From the NCBI GenBank assembly GCA_030619885.1, contig JAUXAN010000001.1, positions 11,474 through 75,473 of the forward strand: a DNA stretch of 64,000 nt. The letters are read 5' to 3'. The notes beneath the pieces are model-generated. The model was not told where the DNA came from. It made no database searches and saw only the letters and a list, made by a program, of their open reading frames with translations. The DNA comes from a bacterium. GTDB taxonomy: Bacteria > Hydrothermota > DG-26 > JAUXAN01. Both the position numbers and the translations under genes were made by a program. Below, in pieces: positions 20,622 through 29,754 of this stretch (position 1 is the first letter of the stretch; each line of letters opens with the position of its first letter).

Positions 20622-21509
20622 TCACAATTTGAATCTTTTCACTTCTTGAATTCCTTTACTTAACCACCCGCTGAATTTATCAGGAAACGAATAAACAACT
20701 TGAACATCTGGGTTTTCTTCACAAGCAAGGTACAGTCCGACTGTCTGAAGTTTAGTGTTTAGCGGTGATGTTATTATATTATAGTCGTGTGCATTCTCAT
20801 TAAAAATGCTCCTGAGTATCTGTACAGCTTTATGGGGATCATCCGCAGGTGCTTTTTTAATCTCCGCTCCGTAAATTGAATCGCTTAATTCCTTAACAGC
20901 TTTTCTGTTTCTCTCTAAGAAACTTGCATCGGTAGGCTCCTCCCCTTGAACTAGGATTACCTTGGACGGTTCTATTACTTTAAAAAGATACAGTGGTCTG
21001 TCAATCTCATATCCTATCAGAAGAATGAGCAGTTTTTCTTTATCTTTAGAAAATATGCCGCCGAAGAAAGGGATAGTAGAAAAACCTTTTGCGCCTTTCG
21101 ATATTTTAGGATTGTATTTTCCAGGGACTGTGTAAAATACGTCTAATGATTTGACGCAGTATTTCTTCCTGAGCAACCACATTAAAACAAGTAAATTTTG
21201 TCTGTTGAAGTTTGAAACATCCAAAAAGAACTTTGAGGATTTAATATCCAACTTCTTATCAAACACATACCGATTGAAGCCACGCACAATTTCAAATGGA
21301 TCATAGTATGAAGCTTTTAGAAATTGAAATTTTTTTGCTTGCAGAAACTTACTTGCGATCTCATTACGGATATTTACTACTCGTTGATCATTTTCAAATT
21401 CTTGGTTTATAAATAATATATGATCGTCAATTTTAAAATCCCATTTCTCTTTAAAAAAACCCAGGCCTCTTTCTTCAAGACCAATCATCGAGATAAATAT
21501 GTTGCTCAT
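20622..21509 (-). CDS. hypothetical protein (295 aa), third gene of the candidate defence module; no recognisable motifs
   Basis: The ORF starts with ATG 11 nt after the upstream stop. It lies in a tight operon with the NTPase and HD genes. No domain is identifiable by eye. Confidence 0.6.
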   Translation of the reverse strand: MSNIFISMIGLEERGLGFFKEKWDFKIDDHILFINQEFENDQRVVNIRNEIASKFLQAKKFQFLKASYYDPFEIVRGFNRYVFDKKLDIKSSKFFLDVSNFNRQNLLVLMWLLRKKYCVKSLDVFYTVPGKYNPKISKGAKGFSTIPFFGGIFSKDKEKLLILLIGYEIDRPLYLFKVIEPSKVILVQGEEPTDASFLERNRKAVKELSDSIYGAEIKKAPADDPHKAVQILRSIFNENAHDYNIITSPLNTKLQTVGLYLACEENPDVQVVYSFPDKFSGWLSKGIQEVKRFKL

Positions 21510-21520
21510 TTCTTCACTCT

Positions 21521-23401
21521 TTACATATCAAATAGAGGTAGTTGCTTTTCTTCTTTTTCAGCGATTTTTTGTCTTCTTTTAAACCAAGAAACGAATTTTT
21601 TTGGGTTGTCCAATGCGAGAAAAAGATGTTCCTGAGAAATTTCGATTCTGCCTTGGAATCCTGAAAGATCAAGTTTGTATCGCGGACACAATCTCTTATT
21701 TAGAATGAAACATTCAAGCATTTCATAACCCGATTTGCCGCGGTACCATTTTTTGTGAAAAAAGCATTCTCTCAGAGCTTTGTGCAGAATTCTTTCTAAT
21801 CGGGAATCTCTTAATGTCTCTTTTACTGAAAAAGAAATAATCCTTGGATACCGGCTGTTTTTGTTATCAAGCCTAATTTTAAAAGCCTGACCCAATGCTT
21901 CTATTAAATTGAAAAGTTCTTCCAGAAGTTTTCGTTCTTCAGATTCAGTTGCTCTTCTTCTGATGGGCTGCAGTATTTCTGTATCAATAAAGCTGTTTGA
22001 GTAGAATTTCACTGCATTCTTCTGCATTTCAAACGGAATAAATTCTATGTCTCTATTACTTATCTCGGAATCCTTTTGCCTATATTCAATAACCATATGA
22101 AAACAAGCATCCAAAAATGCTCGTGTGATTCCTGAAGAAAAATGCACAAGATTATCAAACCCTGTATAGCCGTATTCTGTTTTCTCCAAGAATTTTTGGA
22201 AAAATCTTGCTCTTGCATACTTATTGATGTAATTTTGCTTACTTCCTATCTTTTTGTCTTCCGGAAGCTTGTCATACTCGTCAGCCGTATATTGTATTGC
22301 CTTTTTCATTTTGTTTATTTCGGTTAGGTTTTCTGGAAGAAACTCTACAATATTATTGACTTTCCATTGTGCTATTTCAAGCCTCCTATTTGCTATTTGC
22401 TTGATTCTGCGGTAATAATTTTCTTGGTTATTCGTATATAGGCTGTCCAAATTCACGACATAGTAATCATGTATTTCTTCAATTGCTCTGCCATTAATGT
22501 CGACATCTGTACTATATGATTCGTGGCACGCGGAGACTTTTGTACACACAAGATTCTGAACTCTCTGAGAAATAAAGGTATTGATGATTTGCTGATGAAA
22601 CTTAATAATAGGCTCGATTCCTTCAATTTCAGTAACCTCATCGAAAAGCAAAAAGAATGGTGTGTCGGCCACACCTATAAGCTTGCGCAGTTCATCGAAA
22701 AAGGTATAAAGAAAGCTCCCACTTTGGCAAGATGGATCTGTAAAGTTCCCTGTATATTTTAGGCGATTGCTGGGAGTACCATAGTTTGATTGATAATCCT
22801 GAATGGAAGAAAGAGTTTTATTTTTTTCTTTTTTCATTATGCCTTTCAGTGTTTTTAGATTCCTTTCCTTTTCAGGAATGTCATCATATATCTTTTTCTT
22901 ATCCAATGCTGAAATTACTTTACTCACAGCTTCTTTTTCTTTATCAGATATTATTTTCTGCTTGAGCTGCCCCAGAATAGTATTTAATGTCCAGTCCGCA
23001 ATATCCATGATGAAATAGTGCATAATTATTCTTTTAGAAACATTAAGAGGAACCTCCTTGTCAGCTAATAATTTACAAAATTCTGTTTTCGTGTAATCAC
23101 CTGTATTGTAGCCTATACATATACCAATGAAGGAATCTGGCTGATTGAAGAATTTCTCCAGACTGCCGTATTCTATGACTTGGCAGGCAGGTTCAAGAAA
23201 CTTGAACAACATTGTCTTCCCAGAACCCCTACTGCCAAATACAAATGTATGTGTGTAAGCGGTCAGCGCGTTGTATTCTGTATACTCCTTGACGAAGAGG
23301 TCGACGATGTTCTTTGGACTCAACTGCTGGTCTGGATAGAAATGCTGAAATACGTTCTCTTTAATCTTCGTCTCAAATTTATCCTGTTTTTCTTCATTCA
23401 T
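21521..23401 (-). CDS. P-loop NTPase (626 aa), ABC/AAA_21-like spacing of Walker A and B; candidate defence ATPase
   Basis: Walker A FGSRGSGKTM lies near residue 55. Walker B FFLLFDEVTE lies near residue 248, followed by a possible H-loop histidine. The C-terminal ~370 aa are uncharacterised. The ATG directly abuts the upstream TAA (TAAATG). Confidence 0.7.
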   Translation of the reverse strand: MNEEKQDKFETKIKENVFQHFYPDQQLSPKNIVDLFVKEYTEYNALTAYTHTFVFGSRGSGKTMLFKFLEPACQVIEYGSLEKFFNQPDSFIGICIGYNTGDYTKTEFCKLLADKEVPLNVSKRIIMHYFIMDIADWTLNTILGQLKQKIISDKEKEAVSKVISALDKKKIYDDIPEKERNLKTLKGIMKKEKNKTLSSIQDYQSNYGTPSNRLKYTGNFTDPSCQSGSFLYTFFDELRKLIGVADTPFFLLFDEVTEIEGIEPIIKFHQQIINTFISQRVQNLVCTKVSACHESYSTDVDINGRAIEEIHDYYVVNLDSLYTNNQENYYRRIKQIANRRLEIAQWKVNNIVEFLPENLTEINKMKKAIQYTADEYDKLPEDKKIGSKQNYINKYARARFFQKFLEKTEYGYTGFDNLVHFSSGITRAFLDACFHMVIEYRQKDSEISNRDIEFIPFEMQKNAVKFYSNSFIDTEILQPIRRRATESEERKLLEELFNLIEALGQAFKIRLDNKNSRYPRIISFSVKETLRDSRLERILHKALRECFFHKKWYRGKSGYEMLECFILNKRLCPRYKLDLSGFQGRIEISQEHLFLALDNPKKFVSWFKRRQKIAEKEEKQLPLFDM

Positions 23402-24394
23402 TTATGTCCTCCTCGGCCTATATTTCTCAAGTGTTGTTCTAACACCATTATCGCCAAAAAATTCATTATATTCATTGCGGTCATCGAAAACGAAACTAAT
23501 CTTATCTATCGCGCTCTCTCCATCGTAAATGTCTATGCATAAATCAATACCGTCGATCATACGGAAATAGAAGGTATCTGTTAAGAAGTTATTGCAGTAT
23601 TTTCTCTCTTGATTGATTTTGTCTATACGTCTTACATATTCTTCAATTCCTTTGGTTGTCATAGAATTCTTCCCCCAATCAGCCCAAATCTCATTTTTCT
23701 CGAATTTCGCAGATATCTTGATTTTTAGAGACGTCTCGGTTCTACCTCCATAAGTGCGTTGGTTATACAAGAGGCCGATGGATTGATTCATTATACAAAA
23801 CTTCCAGTAAGCTTCATATTGCTTGGGAACGTTAGAAATCATTCTTTCTTCAACTCGTCTGGAGTCTTCTTCGAGTTCATCGGAAATCCTGAGGAGAGCA
23901 GCTAAAAACCGTGGGTATAGAATTTTGTTATGAACAAGCACCTTTTCTCTATCGATTGCGAGGCTGATTGCATCTCTACCAGAGTGAGCTTCTGCAATTT
24001 TCACAATCCATTCTGCATAGTATTCATCGTAAAGGAAGTTTTTCACTGGGTCAAAGATATACTTTATGTTTTTCTCATGTCCTACACGCTGACCGTAGAT
24101 ATTCCCTATATCATGCCATAGAGAAGCATTCATCAAAAGATTTAGATTTGTTAGATCTATGGTTCTTTCTTTGGATACATTTTCGAGTGGGAGATGGGGC
24201 TTAAGCAAATCGTATAGTTTCTCCAATATCCGGGTCACGTGTCCGATACCATGATCAGTTCTGTACGGCAATGCATCGCGTGTAAAAGGAAAATAGGATT
24301 TCTCTAATCTTGACCTAACAGTTGCGTATACGTGCCAATGTTCAGGGGCTTCGGATTCACACATTCTTCTAAATTCACCATCTAAGTCATTCAT
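23402..24394 (-). CDS. HD-domain metal-dependent phosphohydrolase (330 aa) with uncharacterised C-terminal half
   Basis: The HD signature H..H/HD/H/D is present: HGIGHVTRILE, LWHDIGN, EAHSG and RISDELE. The start overlaps the upstream methyltransferase gene by 8 nt. Confidence 0.75.
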   Translation of the reverse strand: MNDLDGEFRRMCESEAPEHWHVYATVRSRLEKSYFPFTRDALPYRTDHGIGHVTRILEKLYDLLKPHLPLENVSKERTIDLTNLNLLMNASLWHDIGNIYGQRVGHEKNIKYIFDPVKNFLYDEYYAEWIVKIAEAHSGRDAISLAIDREKVLVHNKILYPRFLAALLRISDELEEDSRRVEERMISNVPKQYEAYWKFCIMNQSIGLLYNQRTYGGRTETSLKIKISAKFEKNEIWADWGKNSMTTKGIEEYVRRIDKINQERKYCNNFLTDTFYFRMIDGIDLCIDIYDGESAIDKISFVFDDRNEYNEFFGDNGVRTTLEKYRPRRT

Positions 24395-25583
24395 ACTGAT
24401 CCCTCAGTGAGTTCAAAATCCCTACTGCAATTCTCTGCCCTAAGATCGGCGGCACAGCATTTGCTACTTGTTGTTGTTGGTAACCAAGTGGACCGTAGAA
24501 AATATAGCAGTCAGGAAAAGATTGAAGCCGTGCTGCTTCTCTTACAGACAAACCTCTGTCTTGGACAGGATGGATAAGCATGCACTTCCTAAAATTACTT
24601 ATAACTATTGAAGGCTCGTCCCACTTTAGCCTCTTATATATTCCGCTGTGGCAGTTATTTTTGTTTTTATAGTTCTTCATTAGATAGCATGGAATATTTT
24701 CCCAGTTTCCACCCTGCGGGATAAATCGATATCGTTTGAGCACAAGATTAGTATTCTTGCTTACAAGGTTATTCCCGCAGTATGAGTTCCCCCAATTGGC
24801 ACGCATTCTTTTCTGGTAATCAGTTAAAGAGCCGTTAGACTTTGCATATCTCATAAGGTCCGTTTGATTTCCATTTTCAAGCACCGGAAGATCTGAAATC
24901 GCTTCCTTAACTGTAATGCAAGATCTTTTCCCATCACCGTGAGTTGCATTTGAGAAGATGTAGTCCGCACCAATTCTGTTTCCTATTATAAAGATTCTGC
25001 GCCGAATTTGAGGAATTCCGTAGTCAGCGGCATTTAATATTTTAGATTTGCAAAAGTATCCCACATTTTCTAACTCCCCAATTATCGCATTTTTTACCAA
25101 GCCGCCTTTAAAGCTATTCATGCCAGCAACATTTTCCAGCAACAACCACTTAGGCATTAAACCCTTTATTAATCTAATAAATTCTTTATACAAGTGATTT
25201 TCAGAATTGTCAAGAGTACGAGTCCGCATGTTTGAAGTTGAAAACCCTTGACACGGCAGACCACCCATTACAATATCAATTTTTCCTCTCTTAACTCTCA
25301 GTATCCTTAATATTTCTAAGGGATTCAACTCTGCAATGTCTTTCACTAAAACCATCTTTTTTTTGCTTCTCCTATTTTTTATGTAAGTTTCAGCACTGCA
25401 GAGCTCTTTTTCTACAGCAAGTAAAACTTGGAATCCTGCTTCTTCAAAACCTAAAGAAAGCCCTCCTGCTCCAGCACAGATATCAACTGCAGTTGGTTTG
25501 TCCTTTCCCTTTTTCACCTTGGCTTCTCCTTTTCTTTTGAGTGAGTATCCGCATAAGACTTGCATATTGAAATAATAGGGCAT
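24387..25583 (-). CDS. DNA (cytosine-5)-methyltransferase
   Basis: Motif I is DICAGAGGLS, motif IV GGLPCQGFS, motif VI ENV, motif VIII QIRRRIFIIG and motif X REAARLQSFPD. The true start may be the ATG 6 codons downstream. The gene overlaps the 3' end of the upstream glycosylase gene. Confidence 0.9.
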   Translation of the reverse strand: MPYYFNMQVLCGYSLKRKGEAKVKKGKDKPTAVDICAGAGGLSLGFEEAGFQVLLAVEKELCSAETYIKNRRSKKKMVLVKDIAELNPLEILRILRVKRGKIDIVMGGLPCQGFSTSNMRTRTLDNSENHLYKEFIRLIKGLMPKWLLLENVAGMNSFKGGLVKNAIIGELENVGYFCKSKILNAADYGIPQIRRRIFIIGNRIGADYIFSNATHGDGKRSCITVKEAISDLPVLENGNQTDLMRYAKSNGSLTDYQKRMRANWGNSYCGNNLVSKNTNLVLKRYRFIPQGGNWENIPCYLMKNYKNKNNCHSGIYKRLKWDEPSIVISNFRKCMLIHPVQDRGLSVREAARLQSFPDCYIFYGPLGYQQQQVANAVPPILGQRIAVGILNSLRDQYE

Positions 25584-26212
25584 TCACTACATAATGGATG
25601 TCTTTTTTTACAGATTAGTGCACTGAAGTCTAACAGTGCCCAGTTAAACTTTTTGGGATTTCTTTGGGGTACAAGTTTTGATGCGGCATCCCACAATAAC
25701 TTGTCATTTCTTGGTCGATTCTTCTCAGACTTGATGCCAAACACCCTATCAAGCACCCTTATAACATTTGTATCTACAATAGGCACCCTTTTATTGAAAC
25801 CAAAGCATAAGGTTGCTGAGGCAATGTATTTTCCTATTCCTTTGAGTCTTAAAAGTGCTTTTTCCTCATCTGGTATACTCCCTTTATACTGGTTGAGTAT
25901 CTGTGAACCCATTTCTGTTAATCTCGATGCTTTATAATGCAAACCTAATGGTCTAATTGCTTCCCTCACTGCAGGAACATCCGCATCTGAAAGCTTTTCT
26001 GGAGTTGGACAGTAGGTCGTCAGTTTTTTATAAACTGGTTGTACTTTTTCTACATTCGTTTTCTGAAGGAGCACTTCAGCAAGCAAAATCTTGAATGGAT
26101 CTTTTTCTCTTCTCCAAGGAAAGTCTCTGTTGTTATTTTTATACCACATAAAAAGTTTCTTCTGGAATTCCCTTATCTTATTTAACTCGACTTTTGTTTC
26201 TATCTTAAGCAT
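25514..26212 (-). CDS. HhH-GPD DNA glycosylase with 4Fe-4S cluster (EndoIII/MutY family; Mig-like T:G mismatch glycosylase paired with the C5-MTase)
   Basis: The helix-hairpin-helix LLRLKGIGKYIASATL, the VDTNVIRVLDR element and the C-terminal Cys4 cluster CKKRHPLCSECPIISIC are present. Confidence 0.8.
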   Translation of the reverse strand: MLKIETKVELNKIREFQKKLFMWYKNNNRDFPWRREKDPFKILLAEVLLQKTNVEKVQPVYKKLTTYCPTPEKLSDADVPAVREAIRPLGLHYKASRLTEMGSQILNQYKGSIPDEEKALLRLKGIGKYIASATLCFGFNKRVPIVDTNVIRVLDRVFGIKSEKNRPRNDKLLWDAASKLVPQRNPKKFNWALLDFSALICKKRHPLCSECPIISICKSYADTHSKEKEKPR

Positions 26213-26219
26213 TATTCAG

Positions 26220-26468
26220 TCAGTGTTTTCCCATCCCTAAAATCCAATCCCTCTTCACTACCCCATTTCTTATAGCAGAGGAGCGACTTATTGAATAGGA
26301 ACGGATTATGTTGGCAAATGTAAAGTTTTTTTTGAAGCCTATCCTTTCCCCCTGAAGCATTAAAGACTTTGGCGTAGACACTAAAATCCTTTGATAATAA
26401 CTTCCATTTATCTCAATTTTGCTTCCGGGGTTCAAAACCTTGTGCGTATCCTTTGATATTGTTTCCAT
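26220..26468 (-). CDS. small hypothetical protein (82 aa)
   Basis: It is first in the operon and ends 8 nt before the glycosylase start. No motif is recognised. Confidence 0.4.
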   Translation of the reverse strand: METISKDTHKVLNPGSKIEINGSYYQRILVSTPKSLMLQGERIGFKKNFTFANIIRSYSISRSSAIRNGVVKRDWILGMGKH

Positions 26469-26637
26469 ATCCTTGAAAAGCTTATAAATAGTATAAACTT
26501 TTTTTTACTTTTGTCAAGTATTTTTTGCGAAAAAAATTCGGTTGCGCATATTCTGATCTGATTTCAGAAATTCAAATTTAACAATAGTTTAGATACAAGT
26601 GCGGAACTTGGTTTTTTTGAAGCAATAAAATCAATCA

Positions 26638-29496
26638 TTATCTTTCTATAATTTTGATTTCTTCCTCTGTCAAGCCATAGAGTTTATAGGCGAGGGAGTC
26701 TATTTGCTGATCAAGGAGGTCTATCTGAGTCTTATACAACTTTTTGTCCTGCTCCAATCTGGCAGAATGATATTTTTTCTGCAACTCCAACATTTGCTCC
26801 ACCATTGCCACCAAATCATCGTGCATCTTCTTCTCGTGAGGATTGGAAAAATCAATGGTGTGAATGGGGAGTTGCTCAATCTGATAGCCTTTAATCTTGG
26901 GAAAGGTTTGCTTAGTATCACTGCTCGTTTTTAGAAAATAGAAAGCAATAAGTGAAGAGGTAAGTATCCCAAGCAGGTATTTGGGTGAGTATACTTCACT
27001 TGTTTTAGGGAGGAGCAAATAGATTGACTGGTCTGCATAGAAACCTTCTTGATCAAGGGAACAATAGATTCTTTTGCCCATTACTTGACGAATCAATAAT
27101 TTTGGAAAAATCTGAAAAATCCATTCTTCCCTGAATGCCTGACTACTATACTTACTTTCCAGTTTTTTATCATAACAAACCCACAGATTATTCCAGTTAA
27201 TATGGAAAGGCACTATATTTCTACCAAGAAGAAATTTATGGTAACGATTATCTTCGTAATCACTTGAACATAACTCCTTACGAATTTTCATTCCATTTCG
27301 TACTTTAACCAAATTAGAAAGCTTTGTACTTACTGTTGAAATCTTCTGGATAAGAGCAATCGCCTGAGTATCAATGGCTGTATTGAAAGTAAAACTATTT
27401 TGAGAGGTCAGATACTTTTGAGGCAGGATATTGTGTGGAGTTGTGACTTGTTGTTGCTGTGCTGCCAAGCACATGCCTATTGCAAAATTATGATTATGTC
27501 TTATGGTTTGGCTTTTTTCTCTTTGGACTACAATTATATTTGTGTCCACAGCAACATTTTTGAAAATACCTTCTTTTAAATCAACAATTATTTCTATGCA
27601 GGTATTCTCTACTATGAACTGCCGAATCTTTTCGCTGTCTTTATTGGTTAATATGCCATTAGGAATGATGAAGGAAAGACGCCCACTGTCGCGGAGTAAT
27701 TTAATCCCTTTCTCTAAGAAAAGATAATAAGTATCAAGAAGACGACTTGCTGAAAAGAAATGCTGCATATAATAGGTCTTGTCATTTTGTGGAATATTAC
27801 GACTTCTTACATACGGTGGATTTCCTATTACTACATCAAATCCACCGTTCTGAAAAATGTTAGGGAAGGCAGTTTTCCAGTCAAAAACATTAATGCGTCT
27901 CATCTCGGCTTCATCAAAAAGAGTTGTTTGCTGTGTGTCGTAAAAATCGGGACTAATCAGGGAGTTTCCACATTTGATATTGTTTGATAGATCGGGCAAG
28001 AGCTTCAACTGAGTATATCTGAATAGCTGTCTGGTTGACTCCTCAGTTTCTCCCTCTAAAAGTTTGAGAAGGAGAGAAAGTTTAGATACCTCCACTGCCT
28101 GAGTATCTATGTCCACTCCAAATATATTATTGAGAAGAATTCGCTGTTTCTCTGCAATAGTTAATTGAAAACTATCTTTTTCTGTTTGTATAATTTGACC
28201 TTTCTTTAATGCCTTCTTGCGATTTTCATTTTTGGAATACCAGTCCAGGTGATAGTTCAAGAGACATTGATAGGCACTGAGAAGAAAACTTCCTGAGCCG
28301 CAGGCAGGGTCAAGGAGCTTTATCTTATCAATCTGTTTTGGCGTTTTGCCTTTTATAATTTTTCCGACAGTGTTTTTAACAATATAGTCAACGATGTATT
28401 TGGGGGTATAATACACACCTCCCGCCTTTTTTACTTCAGGCTTTTCTTCTACCTTCACCTGATGAGCAGGGGTTAGACGAATGGTCTTGCCCAGAAATTG
28501 TTCGTAGATGTTTCCAAGAATCTCTACATCTAAAACAGAAAATTCATAAGGGGATTCTGGATAGTATACGGATTTTAGAATTTCCTTTATTATTTCATCG
28601 TCAATGGAAAGAACTGGGGTAATCTCGTCTTTTTCAAAATCAAACAATCCGCTGTTATATTTTTTGTCGGAGTGAAGGAATATCTCCATCAATCTTCTGT
28701 ATGTGTTGGTTCCGTTTAGGAGTATCTTAAGTTTCCCGTAGTCCTCAATCTGTCTGGCTTCTGCTATACGCAGGAATATAATTCTATCAACAATTTTCTG
28801 GACAGCAAAATTCAATTCATACAAGGACAAACTCTTATTCCGAAGGGCGATATTCTTTGCAAGTTTCTCCCTCCACCTATCAATAAGTTTCAAAAATTCT
28901 TTATCTACCTCTGATGTGCCCCTTTTATTCTTGGTTGACTCTATATATCGGTCAAAACTGCCTATTAGAATGCCCTCTTTTGAGAATGTATCATATATGA
29001 AATCAAAATTTTCGAGATAATCTTTATATCCACAGTAGAAAATGCGGACACAGGAAGCCAAATCCTTTGCTGTGGGTTTAATTCTTGTGTCATACACGGA
29101 GAATTCCTCAAAGTCTGTAAGAATAGAGAGGGGTAATTTGGCAGTGTAGGCATACCGCCTTAACTGGTATGCAGGCGATACTTCGGACTTGAGGACAATA
29201 GATGGTCTTTTTGCCTCCACGAAGAACTTTCGTATCCCACCGATACGGAAGGAGTAATCGGGCGCCTTATGCTTGCCTGTAATAATAACCTTTGCCTCTC
29301 TTACAACCTCACGATACTGCTCGGCATAACCCTGTTTGTTAGCAACATCCCAGCCCAGGCTTTCAAAGAATGGGTCTATAAAATCGGCACGGGTATTTGC
29401 CTCATCGTAATCCCGCCTTTTGTATTGAGAGATATTTTCTCCAAACCTCTGTATCAACTTTTTAATCTGTCCTTTTGCTTCTATTTTCTTGTCCAT
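26638..29496 (-). CDS. Type IIG/IIL restriction-modification enzyme (MmeI-like fused endonuclease + N6-adenine methyltransferase + TRD)
   Basis: The N-terminus has ANTRADFIDPFFESLGW and PDYSF...FVEAKR (a PD-ExK endonuclease). The MTase has motif I LDPACGSGSFLL and motif IV VIGNPPYV. At 952 aa it is comparable to MmeI-family enzymes. Confidence 0.85.
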   Translation of the reverse strand: MDKKIEAKGQIKKLIQRFGENISQYKRRDYDEANTRADFIDPFFESLGWDVANKQGYAEQYREVVREAKVIITGKHKAPDYSFRIGGIRKFFVEAKRPSIVLKSEVSPAYQLRRYAYTAKLPLSILTDFEEFSVYDTRIKPTAKDLASCVRIFYCGYKDYLENFDFIYDTFSKEGILIGSFDRYIESTKNKRGTSEVDKEFLKLIDRWREKLAKNIALRNKSLSLYELNFAVQKIVDRIIFLRIAEARQIEDYGKLKILLNGTNTYRRLMEIFLHSDKKYNSGLFDFEKDEITPVLSIDDEIIKEILKSVYYPESPYEFSVLDVEILGNIYEQFLGKTIRLTPAHQVKVEEKPEVKKAGGVYYTPKYIVDYIVKNTVGKIIKGKTPKQIDKIKLLDPACGSGSFLLSAYQCLLNYHLDWYSKNENRKKALKKGQIIQTEKDSFQLTIAEKQRILLNNIFGVDIDTQAVEVSKLSLLLKLLEGETEESTRQLFRYTQLKLLPDLSNNIKCGNSLISPDFYDTQQTTLFDEAEMRRINVFDWKTAFPNIFQNGGFDVVIGNPPYVRSRNIPQNDKTYYMQHFFSASRLLDTYYLFLEKGIKLLRDSGRLSFIIPNGILTNKDSEKIRQFIVENTCIEIIVDLKEGIFKNVAVDTNIIVVQREKSQTIRHNHNFAIGMCLAAQQQQVTTPHNILPQKYLTSQNSFTFNTAIDTQAIALIQKISTVSTKLSNLVKVRNGMKIRKELCSSDYEDNRYHKFLLGRNIVPFHINWNNLWVCYDKKLESKYSSQAFREEWIFQIFPKLLIRQVMGKRIYCSLDQEGFYADQSIYLLLPKTSEVYSPKYLLGILTSSLIAFYFLKTSSDTKQTFPKIKGYQIEQLPIHTIDFSNPHEKKMHDDLVAMVEQMLELQKKYHSARLEQDKKLYKTQIDLLDQQIDSLAYKLYGLTEEEIKIIER

Positions 29497-29754
29497 CTCT
29501 ATATTTTTTCCTTATTAGAATTTTTACCTATCTTAATTCATCTATCTTTAAAAAATCAATATTTCAAAACCACAATCGCAAGGCTGAAGCCTTGCCCTAC
29601 AATAATTCGGCAGATTCCGTGTATTATTTGGGATAAATATAATAATTTAGTTTCAGAAGTCAAGTTTTTTTCTTGAGATCTGGGTGGAACATATGTAATA
29701 CTATTCAGCAGAAGGGGGTGGAGAGATGAAGTATAATGAAAGAGGTGTAAACGC

